Assembly (NCBI GenBank): GCA_018826515.1
Contig: JAHKAM010000063.1
Location: 26,050 to 90,049, forward strand
Length of the DNA stretch: 64,000 nt
Origin: Alphaproteobacteria bacterium
GTDB taxonomy: Bacteria > Pseudomonadota > Alphaproteobacteria > Caulobacterales > Caulobacteraceae
Reading direction: 5' to 3'
Positions within the stretch are counted from its first letter, which is position 1; each line of letters begins with the position of its first letter. The notes under the pieces are model-generated. The model worked only from the letters and a program-made list of their open reading frames with translations, did no database searches and was not told where the DNA came from. This document shows positions 42,331 through 52,046 of this stretch, piece after piece. The position numbers were made by a program, and so were the translations under genes.

Positions 42331-45300
42331 ATGTTCAAAGCGATTATCGAAGCCTCGGTTCGCTTCCGATGGTTCGTGGTCCTGGCGACGGCGATTGTCG
42401 CCGCCTTCGGCCTCTACAACCTGACGCAGCTACCCATCGACGCCGTCCCGGACATCACCAACCGGCAGGTCCAGATCAATACCATCGCCCCGGCGCTCGC
42501 GCCCGAGCAGATGGAACGCCAGGTCACCTATCCCCTCGAAACCGCCATGGCGGGCATTCCGGGGATCCAGACCACCCGGTCGCTGAGCCGAAACGGCTTC
42601 AGCCAGGTCACGGTCATCTTCTCCGACAGCACGGACATCTACTTCGCCCGCCAGCAGGTGGCCGAACGGATGGCCCAGGCGCGCGAGCGACTGCCCGAGG
42701 GTGTGGAGCCGGCGCTTGCGCCGATCACCACCGGCCTCGGCGAAGTCCTCATGTGGACGGTCGACTTCAAGCCGTTCAACAGCGCCAATCTCGCCAAACC
42801 GGGTGAGCCCGGCTGGCAGGCCGGCGGCGCCTATCTGACGCCCGAAGGCGAACTGCTGACCACGCCACAGGCCCGCGCGACCTATCTCCGCACGGTCCAG
42901 GACTGGATCATCGCCCCGCGCATGCGGACCGCGAAGGGCCTGGCCGGCGTCGATGTGAACGGCGGCTATGTGAAGGAGTATGCGGTTCGGCCCGACGCTG
43001 CGCGTCTGGCGGGATACGGCCTGAGCCTCAACGACCTCATCGTCGCTCTGGAGCGGGCCAACACCCAGGCCGGTGCGGGCTATGTTCAGCGGTCCGGTGA
43101 AGCCCTGACCGTCCGAACCGACGCCCTGGCGCAGACCATTCCGGATCTCGCCCAGGCCCCCGTGGTCAACCGCAACGGACTGGTCGTGCGGGTCGCCGAT
43201 GTCGCCACCGTCGAAATCGGCCAGGCGCCGCGTCTCGGCGGCGCCAGCCGCGACGGCCACGAAGCGGTCGTCGGTACGGCGCTGATGCTGGCCGGCGGCA
43301 ACAGCCGGACGGTGGCCCAGGCCGCCGCCGAACGTCTGGAGGAAGTCTCCGCGAGCCTGCCGCCGAGCGTCGTCGCCGAACCGGTCCTGAACCGGAGTTC
43401 GCTCGTCAACAAGACCATCTCGACGGTCGCCAAGAACCTGATCGAAGGCGCCCTGCTGGTGATCGTGGTTCTGTTCCTGCTCCTGGGCAACATCCGGGCG
43501 GCCTCGATTACCGCCCTGATGATCCCGATCAGCTTCCTGTTCGCGGTCATCGGCATGAACCGCTTCGGCATCAGCGGAAACCTGATGAGCCTCGGCGCGC
43601 TGGACTTCGGCCTTCTGGTCGACGGCGCGGTCGTGGTGGTCGAGAACACCCTGCTGATGCTCAGCCAGAAGCGGGCCGAGGCCGGCCGGATGCTGACGCG
43701 TCGGGAACGTCTGGCGGTCGCCGGAGCCGCGGCGCGTCAGATGGTCAAGCCGGCCGCCTTCGGCCAGCTCATCATCCTGCTGGTCTTCACGCCCCTGCTC
43801 ATGCTCGAGGGCGTGGAGGGCAAGACCTTCATCCCGATGGGCGCGACGGTCATGCTGGCCCTGGTCGGCGCCTTCATCTTCTCCTTCACCTTCGTGCCGG
43901 CGATGACGGCCCTGCTGGTGCGGGATCCGAAGAAGGTGGAGGTCGACGAGCACGGCCACGCGCACGAGCACGAGACCTTCATCCTCCGCTATGCGCGCCG
44001 ATGGATCGAACCGGCCATCCGCGCGGCCGTCGATCGTCCGAAGATCGTCCTGGCGTCCGCGCTCGGCGCTCTCGTCATCGGCGGCATCGCCTTCAGCACC
44101 CTGGGGCGTGAGTTCATCCCGACCCTGGACGAAGGCGACATCGCCATGCAGGCGCTTCGCGTGCCGTCAGCATCGCTGGAGCAATCCCTGGCGATGCAAA
44201 TGGCGCTCGAGCGCGTCATCAAGGCCCAGCCCGAGGTGAAGACCATCTTCGCCCGGACCGGGACGGCCGAGGCGGCTGTGGACCCGATGCCGCCGAACAT
44301 CTCCGATGCGGTCATTGTCCTGAAGGACCGCAAGGAATGGCCCGATCCGAACCTCCCCAAGGAGGAACTGATCGCGCGCTTCGAAGAGCTCGCCGCCGGC
44401 CAGCTCGGCAACAGCTTCGAGTTCAGCCAGCCCATCGAACTGCGCTTCAATGAGCTGATCTCCGGCGTCCGGACTGACCTCGCGGTCATGGTCTACGGCG
44501 ATGACTTCACCCAGCTGCAGGCCACGGCGGACCGGGTCGCCAACGCCCTTCGCGCGACGCCCGGGTCTGCGGACGTTCGCGTCGAGCAGGCGTCGGGGCT
44601 CCCAACCCTGACTGTCAGCGTGGATCGCTTCGCGGCCGCCAACTACGGCCTGTCCGCCGCCGATGTCTCCGAAGCGGTTTCGGCCGCGGTCGGGGGCGCC
44701 GAGGCCGGGCAGATCTTCGAGGGCGATCGCCGCTTCAGCGTCGTCGTTCGTCTCGCGGATGAAGCCCGGAACGATCCGGCGGCACTCGCGGCCCTGCCGA
44801 TCACCACCGCTACGGGCGTGACGGTTCCGCTCTCCTCCGTCGCCCGCATCCAGGTGGCCGAGGGGCAGAACCAGATCAGCCGCAATGACGGCAGCCGGCG
44901 GATGGTGGTTCAAGCCAACGTTCGCGGGCGCGATCTGGGCGGCTTTGTCACCGAGGCCCAGGCGAAGGTGCAGTCTGAGGTCGATCTCCCCACCGGCTAC
45001 TCCCTGACCTGGGGTGGGCAGTTCGAGAACCTGAAACGGGCCGAACAGCGTCTGGGCCTGGTCATTCCCATCGTCTTCATCCTGATCGGCGTCCTGCTGT
45101 TCATGGCGTTGGGATCCTTCGCGGAGGCGGGACTGGTGTTCGCCTGCGTGCCTCTGGCCCTGATCGGCGGCGCCTTGGCGCTCGTCCTCAGGGGGATGCC
45201 CTTCTCGGTTTCGGCGGCGGTCGGCTTCATCGCCGTATCCGGTGTCGCGACCCTGAACGGGCTGGTGCTGATGCAGGCCATTCGGGAACGCCTGACAGGC

Positions 45301-45555
45301 GGCGCCGACCCACGCCTCGCCGCCATCGAAGGGGCGACGAGCCGGCTGCGCGCCGTCCTGACCACGGCCCTGGTCGCCATCGTCGGCTTCATTCCGATGG
45401 CGTTCGCCCACGGTGCCGGGGCGGAGGTGCAGAAGCCTCTGGCCACCGTCGTAATCGGCGGCCTGCTGACGGCGACGGCCTTGACCCTGCTGGTCCTGCC
45501 GACCTTCGCGGCCAAGGCCGTGAAGCACCGCAAGGCTGAAGGGCTCGAGGAATGA
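42331..45555 (+). CDS. czcA: Heavy-metal efflux RND pump CzcA/CusA family
   Basis: Length is 1074 aa. RFRWFVVLATAIVAAFGLYNLTQLPIDAVPDITNRQVQINT matches the HME-RND N-terminus. Confidence 0.95.
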   Translation: MFKAIIEASVRFRWFVVLATAIVAAFGLYNLTQLPIDAVPDITNRQVQINTIAPALAPEQMERQVTYPLETAMAGIPGIQTTRSLSRNGFSQVTVIFSDSTDIYFARQQVAERMAQARERLPEGVEPALAPITTGLGEVLMWTVDFKPFNSANLAKPGEPGWQAGGAYLTPEGELLTTPQARATYLRTVQDWIIAPRMRTAKGLAGVDVNGGYVKEYAVRPDAARLAGYGLSLNDLIVALERANTQAGAGYVQRSGEALTVRTDALAQTIPDLAQAPVVNRNGLVVRVADVATVEIGQAPRLGGASRDGHEAVVGTALMLAGGNSRTVAQAAAERLEEVSASLPPSVVAEPVLNRSSLVNKTISTVAKNLIEGALLVIVVLFLLLGNIRAASITALMIPISFLFAVIGMNRFGISGNLMSLGALDFGLLVDGAVVVVENTLLMLSQKRAEAGRMLTRRERLAVAGAAARQMVKPAAFGQLIILLVFTPLLMLEGVEGKTFIPMGATVMLALVGAFIFSFTFVPAMTALLVRDPKKVEVDEHGHAHEHETFILRYARRWIEPAIRAAVDRPKIVLASALGALVIGGIAFSTLGREFIPTLDEGDIAMQALRVPSASLEQSLAMQMALERVIKAQPEVKTIFARTGTAEAAVDPMPPNISDAVIVLKDRKEWPDPNLPKEELIARFEELAAGQLGNSFEFSQPIELRFNELISGVRTDLAVMVYGDDFTQLQATADRVANALRATPGSADVRVEQASGLPTLTVSVDRFAAANYGLSAADVSEAVSAAVGGAEAGQIFEGDRRFSVVVRLADEARNDPAALAALPITTATGVTVPLSSVARIQVAEGQNQISRNDGSRRMVVQANVRGRDLGGFVTEAQAKVQSEVDLPTGYSLTWGGQFENLKRAEQRLGLVIPIVFILIGVLLFMALGSFAEAGLVFACVPLALIGGALALVLRGMPFSVSAAVGFIAVSGVATLNGLVLMQAIRERLTGGADPRLAAIEGATSRLRAVLTTALVAIVGFIPMAFAHGAGAEVQKPLATVVIGGLLTATALTLLVLPTFAAKAVKHRKAEGLEE

Positions 45556-46151
45556 GCGAGGCCCACGCAACGGAGCAGGTCCAGCGCCGCACCCTCCTCA
45601 CGGTGCTGGTCCTGAACGCCCTGTTGTTCGTGGGCCTGGGAGTCGGCGGCATCGCCGCCGACTCCAGCGCCCTGCTGGCCAATGCGGTCGACAACGGTTC
45701 GGACGCGGCGGTCTATCTGATCAGCTTCCTGGCGGTCGGACGCGCCCTGGTCTGGAAGACGGGGGCGGCGCGAGCCTCAGGCGTCATGCTCCTGATTTTC
45801 GCCGTCCTCGTCCTGCTCGACGCGCTGCGGCGGACCCTCACCGCGACCGAGCCAGTCGGCCCGACCATGATGGTCCTCGCGGTTGTGGCCGCCGTCATCA
45901 ACCTGGTCTGCCTGCTGCTGATCCGTCGGCAGCACAGCGGCGACGTCAACATGAAGGCCGCCGAGACCTTCAGTCTCAACGACTTCGCGTCCAACGGCGG
46001 CATCCTCGTCGCGGGCGGTCTCGTCATGTGGCTCGACCAGTCGTGGCCGGACCTTCTCGTCGGCGTTCTGGTCGCCGCAATCGCCGCCAAGGGCGGCATC
46101 GACATCCTGCGCGATGCGCGCAAGGCCTCTGACACAGGAGCGGCCCAGTGA
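45552..46151 (+). CDS. Short CDF-type cation transporter (TMD only, 199 aa)
   Basis: SSALLANAVDNGSDAAVY is a TM2 DxxxD motif. It forms an ATGA overlap with czcA. Confidence 0.7.
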   Translation: MSEAHATEQVQRRTLLTVLVLNALLFVGLGVGGIAADSSALLANAVDNGSDAAVYLISFLAVGRALVWKTGAARASGVMLLIFAVLVLLDALRRTLTATEPVGPTMMVLAVVAAVINLVCLLLIRRQHSGDVNMKAAETFSLNDFASNGGILVAGGLVMWLDQSWPDLLVGVLVAAIAAKGGIDILRDARKASDTGAAQ

Positions 46152-46792
46152 GCCCGTTGCTGCCTCACGATCTCCACCCCGGTGGAGCCTCAGCTCCCGA
46201 CCTCGCACGGGTCCAGCGCTGGCGGAAACTCTTCATCCTCGTCGGCCTGTTCGCCCTCATCACCTGGACGGCGCTGGTCGAACCCACGCCCGTTCTCGAA
46301 CATCCGGTGGAGCATCTCGGTCTGATCGCCATCATGCTGTGCGTGATCGGGCGAGCCTGGTGCTCCCTCTATATCGGCGGCCGAAAGAAGCAGGAGATCG
46401 TTTCGGCGGGACCCTACTCGCTGTGCCGGAACCCCCTCTACCTGTTCAGCTTCATCGGGGCGTTCGGGATCGGCGCCCAGACAGGCAGCGCCACGGTCGG
46501 ACTGGGCTTCGCCCTGGCCTGCTGGATCGTGTTCCGCACCGTCGTCGGGCGCGAAGAAGCCTATCTGAGCGAGACCTTCGGGGAGGTCTATGACGACTAT
46601 CGCCGTCGTACGCCGCGCTTCTGGCCCGACCTGCGAGCCTGGCGCGACGAGCCCGAGCTCTCGGTGCGACCCGCCTTCTTCCTGCGCACCGTCCGCGACG
46701 GCCTCGTCTTCCTGCTGGCGATGCCGGTGTTCGAGTCCCTCGAGCGCCTGCAGCAGATCGGCTGGTTCGACGCCGTCCTGCGCCTGCCCTGA
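46148..46792 (+). CDS. Isoprenylcysteine carboxyl methyltransferase-family membrane protein (CzcN-like)
   Basis: GPYSLCRNPLYLFSFIGAFG and EEAYLSETFGEVYDDYRRRTPRFWP are ICMT/PEMT motifs. Confidence 0.75.
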   Translation: MSPLLPHDLHPGGASAPDLARVQRWRKLFILVGLFALITWTALVEPTPVLEHPVEHLGLIAIMLCVIGRAWCSLYIGGRKKQEIVSAGPYSLCRNPLYLFSFIGAFGIGAQTGSATVGLGFALACWIVFRTVVGREEAYLSETFGEVYDDYRRRTPRFWPDLRAWRDEPELSVRPAFFLRTVRDGLVFLLAMPVFESLERLQQIGWFDAVLRLP

Positions 46793-46966
46793 CCGGAGGG
46801 CTTCGGATGACCCGCAAACGTCTCGTGACGCTCCTTTCGGCCGGCTTGGCAGCCGCAGCCTTCGCCGCCGGGGCGGCGGCGCGCCTCGCCTGGACGGGGC
46901 CGGAACCGCGTCGCCCGACCGAAGCCCCGCAACGCCCATCGCCTTCCGCTCCTGTGGAGTTCGACC

Positions 46967-49471
46967 ATGCCTAAGACCGTCAAACTGGATCTGCCCGTTC
47001 TCCTTCCGGGTGCGCCCGACGCCTCCGACGCCTGTGTCGGCAGACTGATCAGTCTGTTGCGCATCACCGACGGAGTCGAAAAGGCGCACGTCGAGGAAAC
47101 GGATGACGGACCGAAACTGTGTATCCACTACGATCCGGAGCGGCTTTCCCTCGCCCAGGTTCGCCGTGCGGCCACACAGGCCGGGGGATCGGTCAGCGAT
47201 CGCTACGATCACCTGACCGGCTGGGTCGAAGGGGTGCGCCACGCGCGGCATGCGAGGACGCTGGAGGCGGCGCTGGCCGCAGAGCCCGGCGTGCTGCAGG
47301 CGGCGCTCGACGCTTCAGGAGCTATCCGGGTCGAGTTCGACCGGCAGAAACTGGAGCGCACAGACCTCGAGGCGCGGCTTCGGGGCCATGGTCTGCAACT
47401 CTCGGCGAAGCCCCAAGCCACGGTCTCCGTGGACAGCGGCCACGGTCAGGACGGCAAAGCCGGCGAGGCGGGGCATGAAGGGCACAATCACGCGGCCGGG
47501 GACAGGCACGACCATGCCCATGGTGGTTTGCTGGGGCCGAACACCGAGCTGTATTTCGCTCTCGCCAGCGGCGGCGCTCTCGCCGTCGGCTATCTGATCG
47601 AACGGTTCGCGCCCGGTGTTCCCGGGTGGGCTCCACTGGTCCTCTTCCTTGCGGCCTATCTGTTCGGAGGCTTCTTCACCGTCCGCGAGGCGGTCGAGAA
47701 CCTGAAGCGACGCCGCTTCGAGATCGACACCCTCATGCTGGTCGCGGCGGCGGGTGCGGCCGCCTTGGGCGCATGGGCCGAGGGGGCCTTGCTGCTCTTC
47801 CTGTTCAGCTTGGGTCACGCTTTGGAGCATTACGCGCTCGGGCGGGCGAAGCGGGCGATCGAGGCGCTGGCCGCCCTGGCGCCTCGCACCGCGCATGTGC
47901 GTCGCGGCGAAGAGGTCGTGGAGCTTCCGGTCGAGGACCTGGAGATCGGCGATGTCGTCGTGGTGCGCCCGAACGAGCGCCTGCCGGCCGACGGCTTCGT
48001 GGTCGTCGGGACGACCAGCATCAATCAGGCCCCGGTCACCGGCGAAAGCATGCCGGTGGACAAGCAGCCTGTGTCGAACGCGGAAGAGGCGAGGGCGCGT
48101 CCAGCGGGCGTCATCGCCGCCTCGGTCGTGTTCGCGGGGACCATAAATGGCGCGGGCGCCATCGAGATCGAGACGACCAAACGATCGAGCGACACCACCC
48201 TCGCCAAGGTGGTGCGGATGGTCAGCGAAGCGGAGACGCAGAAGTCGCCGACGCAGAGGTTCACCGACCGGTTCGAAAGAATCTTCGTACCCCTCGTGCT
48301 GGCCCTGGCCTTCGTCCTGCTGTTCGCCTGGGTCGTCGTCGACGAGCCTTTCCGCGACAGCTTCTACCGGGCCATGGCCGTGCTCGTGGCGGCCAGCCCC
48401 TGTGCCCTGGCCATCGCAACGCCCAGCGCGGTTCTGTCGGGTGTCGCCCGCGCGGCCCGCGCCGGCGTGCTCATCAAGGGCGGCGCGCCGTTGGAGAATC
48501 TGGGTGCGCTCGACGCCATCGCCTTCGACAAGACCGGCACCCTGACCGAGGGGCGACCCCGGATCACCGACGTTGTTCCGCTCGGACGGACCTCGCAAAC
48601 CGATCTCCTGACGGTCGCCGTCGCCGTCGAGCGGCTCAGTGACCATCCCCTCGCGGAGGCGATCGTCCGCGACGGGAGCCAGCGCCTGATCGCGGCTCCT
48701 GTGCAGACCGCGACGGATCTCCGCAGCCTGACGGGAAAGGGCGTCACCGCGACACTGAACGGCGAGACGATCTGGATCGGCAAGCCGGAGATGTTCGGGG
48801 CGGATGGCGTCGCGCCGCTGGGTCCCGACGCCGAGATCGCCGTCGCGGCCCTGCGCAACCAGGGCCGCACCCTCATGGTGGTTCGCCAGGGCTCACACGA
48901 CTTGGGCGTGATCGGCCTGCTCGACACACCGCGTAAGAGGGCGCGCGAAACGCTCACGGCTCTGAGGGCCCTCGGCATCCGTCGGATGATCATGATCTCG
49001 GGCGACCATCGGAGGGCTGCCCAGGCCGTCGCCGGACAGGTCGGCTTGACCGAGGCCTGGGGCGACCTCCTGCCGGAAGACAAGGTCGAGGCGATCAGGA
49101 AGCTTCGGGCCGAAGCCCAGGTGGCCATGGTGGGAGATGGCGTCAACGACGCCCCCGCCATGGCCACGGCGACCGTCGGCGTCGCCATGGGAGCGGCGGG
49201 GTCGGACGTCGCGCTGGAAACGGCGGACGTGGCCCTGATGGCGGACGATCTGTCCAAGCTGCCCTTCACGGTCGGCCTCAGTCGGCAGACCCGCCGGATC
49301 ATCCGCCAGAACCTCTTCGTCAGCCTCGGCGTCGTCGCCTTCCTCGTCCCGGCCACCATTCTCGGTCTCGGGATCGGGCCGGCCGTCGCCCTGCACGAAG
49401 GCTCGACGCTCCTCGTCGTCTTCAACGCCCTGCGGCTGCTGGCCTGGCGCGATCCGCGCGCAGAGCCCTGA
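46967..49471 (+). CDS. Heavy-metal P1B-type ATPase with P1B-4-like signatures
   Basis: DKTGTLT, TGES and GDGVNDAP are present. The TM motif is SPC ([10 protein letters not shown]) together with HEGST. A His-rich linker is also present ([30 protein letters not shown]). Confidence 0.9.
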   Translation: MPKTVKLDLPVLLPGAPDASDACVGRLISLLRITDGVEKAHVEETDDGPKLCIHYDPERLSLAQVRRAATQAGGSVSDRYDHLTGWVEGVRHARHARTLEAALAAEPGVLQAALDASGAIRVEFDRQKLERTDLEARLRGHGLQLSAKPQATVSVDSGHGQDGKAGEAGHEGHNHAAGDRHDHAHGGLLGPNTELYFALASGGALAVGYLIERFAPGVPGWAPLVLFLAAYLFGGFFTVREAVENLKRRRFEIDTLMLVAAAGAAALGAWAEGALLLFLFSLGHALEHYALGRAKRAIEALAALAPRTAHVRRGEEVVELPVEDLEIGDVVVVRPNERLPADGFVVVGTTSINQAPVTGESMPVDKQPVSNAEEARARPAGVIAASVVFAGTINGAGAIEIETTKRSSDTTLAKVVRMVSEAETQKSPTQRFTDRFERIFVPLVLALAFVLLFAWVVVDEPFRDSFYRAMAVLVAASPCALAIATPSAVLSGVARAARAGVLIKGGAPLENLGALDAIAFDKTGTLTEGRPRITDVVPLGRTSQTDLLTVAVAVERLSDHPLAEAIVRDGSQRLIAAPVQTATDLRSLTGKGVTATLNGETIWIGKPEMFGADGVAPLGPDAEIAVAALRNQGRTLMVVRQGSHDLGVIGLLDTPRKRARETLTALRALGIRRMIMISGDHRRAAQAVAGQVGLTEAWGDLLPEDKVEAIRKLRAEAQVAMVGDGVNDAPAMATATVGVAMGAAGSDVALETADVALMADDLSKLPFTVGLSRQTRRIIRQNLFVSLGVVAFLVPATILGLGIGPAVALHEGSTLLVVFNALRLLAWRDPRAEP

Positions 49472-49499
49472 CCCTCAAATCCCAGAAAAGGAGACTTCC

Positions 49500-49940
49500 A
49501 TGAAACGGTCCGGATGGGTCGGCGTGATTGCGCTGTTTCTTCTCATATCGGCCTTCGGCTTCGGGATGCTGTCCCGCCAGAACGCGACCCGACCTCAGGC
49601 GGGCACGCCCGTCGATGCGCGTCCGATCGACGCCCATGCGGGTCATGCCGACGCCGCGGCGGACAGTCCGGCCACCCGCTCCTTCAAGGAGGCCAACGAG
49701 CGCATGCACCTGGCCATGGAGATCGACTACAGCGGCGACGCCGATGTCGACTTCATGCGCGGGATGATCGCCCACCATGAGGGAGCGGTCGCGATGGCCC
49801 GGATCGCCCTGGAGCACGGGAAGGACGCCGAGGTTCGCGGGCTCGCCGAAGAGGTGATCCGCACCCAGGAAGCAGAGATCGTCCGCATGCGTGTGTGGCT
49901 CGCCAACCGCGCCGGGCGTCCCGTCGAGCCGGCGGTCTAG
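49500..49940 (+). CDS. DUF305 protein (periplasmic, metal-resistance associated)
   Basis: [23 protein letters not shown]...[10 protein letters not shown]. Confidence 0.8.
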   Translation: MKRSGWVGVIALFLLISAFGFGMLSRQNATRPQAGTPVDARPIDAHAGHADAAADSPATRSFKEANERMHLAMEIDYSGDADVDFMRGMIAHHEGAVAMARIALEHGKDAEVRGLAEEVIRTQEAEIVRMRVWLANRAGRPVEPAV

Positions 49941-49943
49941 ATC

Positions 49944-50360
49944 ATGGGCGGAAAACGCTCCCCGATCCGTAGTCACGCCCCCCGATGGCGGCCAGGCCGG
50001 TATCGCCCTCGGGGGCGGACACAACGTCGGGTTCGGCCGTTCGATCCCGTTCCAGATACCCTGATCGCCCTCGCCGGCAGCCTCGTCGCAGGCCTGGTCG
50101 TCTGCGTCATCGCCGTGCCGCTCGCATCGCTCTACCGGATACCGATGTATCTCCCCTACGGGGCGCTGATGCTTTTGTTGACCTTCATGACCTACCGTGT
50201 CGCCGGACGAGACAAGGCGGGACGGGTTATGGCGGGGGTGATGGCGGTGGTCTGCGTTCTTGGGTCGGCTGCGCTCTTCCTCGGGCGCGACCAGATTGTC
50301 CTCGGGTCCCGTCACCACCACGATACCCCCGGCCCGGTCGCCGCAACGCGCGCGGACTGA
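49944..50360 (+). CDS. Hypothetical membrane protein (start uncertain)
   Basis: About three hydrophobic segments. The competing frame here is Arg/Pro junk. No homology was recognised. Confidence 0.3.
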   Translation: MGGKRSPIRSHAPRWRPGRYRPRGRTQRRVRPFDPVPDTLIALAGSLVAGLVVCVIAVPLASLYRIPMYLPYGALMLLLTFMTYRVAGRDKAGRVMAGVMAVVCVLGSAALFLGRDQIVLGSRHHHDTPGPVAATRAD

Positions 50361-50362
50361 CG

Positions 50363-51484
50363 TTGGTCGAGGTCGCAGAACCCCGCAGGCCGGCCCGGAT
50401 CGCGCGCGGCGGCTGGCTCGACGTTCTCCGGTTCGTCGCCGGCGCCCTGATCATCCTGTATCATTTTCGCGAGGCGGCTCCGACGCCGCTGGGCGAACTC
50501 CACCCGGTGTTTGACCGGGGGTTCCTGCTGACCAACTTCTTCATCATCGATTCCGGGTACATTCTGGCCCGGATCTATGGCGACGGCTTCGCCGCCCGCT
50601 CGCTCAACATCCTGGACTATATCCGCCAGCGCGTCCTCAGGGTCGTCCCGTCTCATCTCGTCGTGATCGGCGTACTTGCCGCAATGGTCGCCGTCGCCGC
50701 CGCGGTCGGCATTCGCCCGAGCAATCCCCAGTGGTTCGACTGGGCGCAGCTCCCGGCGCAGGCGGCTCTGCTTCAGGCCTATGGCGTTCCGGGGGGACAG
50801 GGCTGGAACGCGCCGACCTGGACGCTCTCGGCCCTGCTCGGATGTTATCTCCTGTTGCCGTGGATATGCCGACTGATCTGGCGTAGGCGGCCCTGGCTGA
50901 TCGTGGCGGGCGCCGTAGGGCTTCTGATCCTCGCGGACTGCGCCAGCCGCGCCTGGCTCGGCGATCCGATCTATCGCCTGCCTTTCCGCCACGGCTTTCT
51001 GCGAGCCCTGCCTCTGTTCCTGCTCGGTGTTGCGGCGGCGCTGTTCGGGGCGCGCGTCTATATCCCGCCGAGGCTCGCCGCGATGGCGGGGATCGTCGCC
51101 CTCGGCGTCCTCGTTTGCGCGCAGGTGATCGGGACCACCGCCTTGCTCTCGCTTCTGTTGCTGACCGTGATGATCTGGGCTGCGGGCGCGACGCCGGTCG
51201 CGAGACCCTCACGCCTGATCGAGCATCTCGGCCTGATGTCGTTCGCGATCTTCCTGACCAATGAAGTGGTCCGGATCCTCTGGTTCGGGGTCTTCGATGC
51301 GATCGGACAGGCAGGCTGGTCCTCAGATGTTCGCTGGGCGATCTGGACTGCGGGTCTGGCGAGCGCCTTCATCGGAGCTGCAATCTTCCGGTACGCCTTC
51401 GACCGCCCTGTTCAGGCCCGTCTCAATCCGCCGCGAAGACCACCGCAGGCGCCCGGCGTCAGCGCCGAGCGGCCCATCGCCTGA
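50363..51484 (+). CDS. Acyltransferase family 3 membrane protein (start uncertain; TTG at 50363)
   Basis: WLDVLRFVAGALIILYHF plus about 10 TM segments. The first 125 codons of track ORF 49985..51484 are rejected. Confidence 0.7.
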   Translation: MVEVAEPRRPARIARGGWLDVLRFVAGALIILYHFREAAPTPLGELHPVFDRGFLLTNFFIIDSGYILARIYGDGFAARSLNILDYIRQRVLRVVPSHLVVIGVLAAMVAVAAAVGIRPSNPQWFDWAQLPAQAALLQAYGVPGGQGWNAPTWTLSALLGCYLLLPWICRLIWRRRPWLIVAGAVGLLILADCASRAWLGDPIYRLPFRHGFLRALPLFLLGVAAALFGARVYIPPRLAAMAGIVALGVLVCAQVIGTTALLSLLLLTVMIWAAGATPVARPSRLIEHLGLMSFAIFLTNEVVRILWFGVFDAIGQAGWSSDVRWAIWTAGLASAFIGAAIFRYAFDRPVQARLNPPRRPPQAPGVSAERPIA

Positions 51485-51508
51485 GGGGCTCTCCCGGAAG
51501 GGTCGCCG

Positions 51509-51907
51509 TCAGGCGGGTTGGGGCGTTCTTGCGCGCTTGAGCCGGACAACATTGAGGAGGTGCGCGAGGACGAGACTCAACCCGCCGACGATGGTGGCGA
51601 TCGGAGCGGTCTCCACCGTCGGGCGTTCGGCCGCGCCCGCCACAAGCGCCAGAATGGCGGCGATCGCGAGGCCCCGAAGCATCATGGGTGCGCCCACGCG
51701 AGGTGTGACGAGCGCGATCCAGGCCGCACAGGCCGCGACGCCGGCAAGCGTCCAGTGGAGCCACTCGCCGCCGGCGAGCCCCGCCAGGGGCAGAAGGCCA
51801 AGCACCCCCGCGCTCGACACACAATGGACGACGCAGAACACGGAAAGACCGGCGCCGAACAGGTCGATTGGCCGGGAACGACCGGTGTCTGTGGGGGCGG
51901 GAGGCAT
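51509..51907 (-). CDS. MerC-domain membrane protein
   Basis: LSVFCVVHCVSSAGVLGLLPLAG is a CxxHC-type motif in TM1. Four hydrophobic segments. Confidence 0.55.
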   Translation of the reverse strand: MPPAPTDTGRSRPIDLFGAGLSVFCVVHCVSSAGVLGLLPLAGLAGGEWLHWTLAGVAACAAWIALVTPRVGAPMMLRGLAIAAILALVAGAAERPTVETAPIATIVGGLSLVLAHLLNVVRLKRARTPQPA

Positions 51908-52046
51908 GTTGAGAATGTTATTGTGTAACGCGCCGTTGATCCAGTGAATTGTCGTCGCGGACGCGCCTCGGCGATGATGATTTCGTGACGACCCGCGGAT
52001 TGGTTTGCGGTACTATGGGGGAGTATCTTTCCGATCGGGTCCGCAG

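Noticed and set aside
46806-46973. 55-codon ORF (MTRKRLVTLLSAGLAAAAFAAG...) overlapping the ATPase start
   Set aside because: The signal-peptide-like N-terminus is suggestive. However, the ORF is short, the remainder is Pro/Arg-rich, and no homology was recognised. It is not listed as a feature and is only noted under the ATPase finding.
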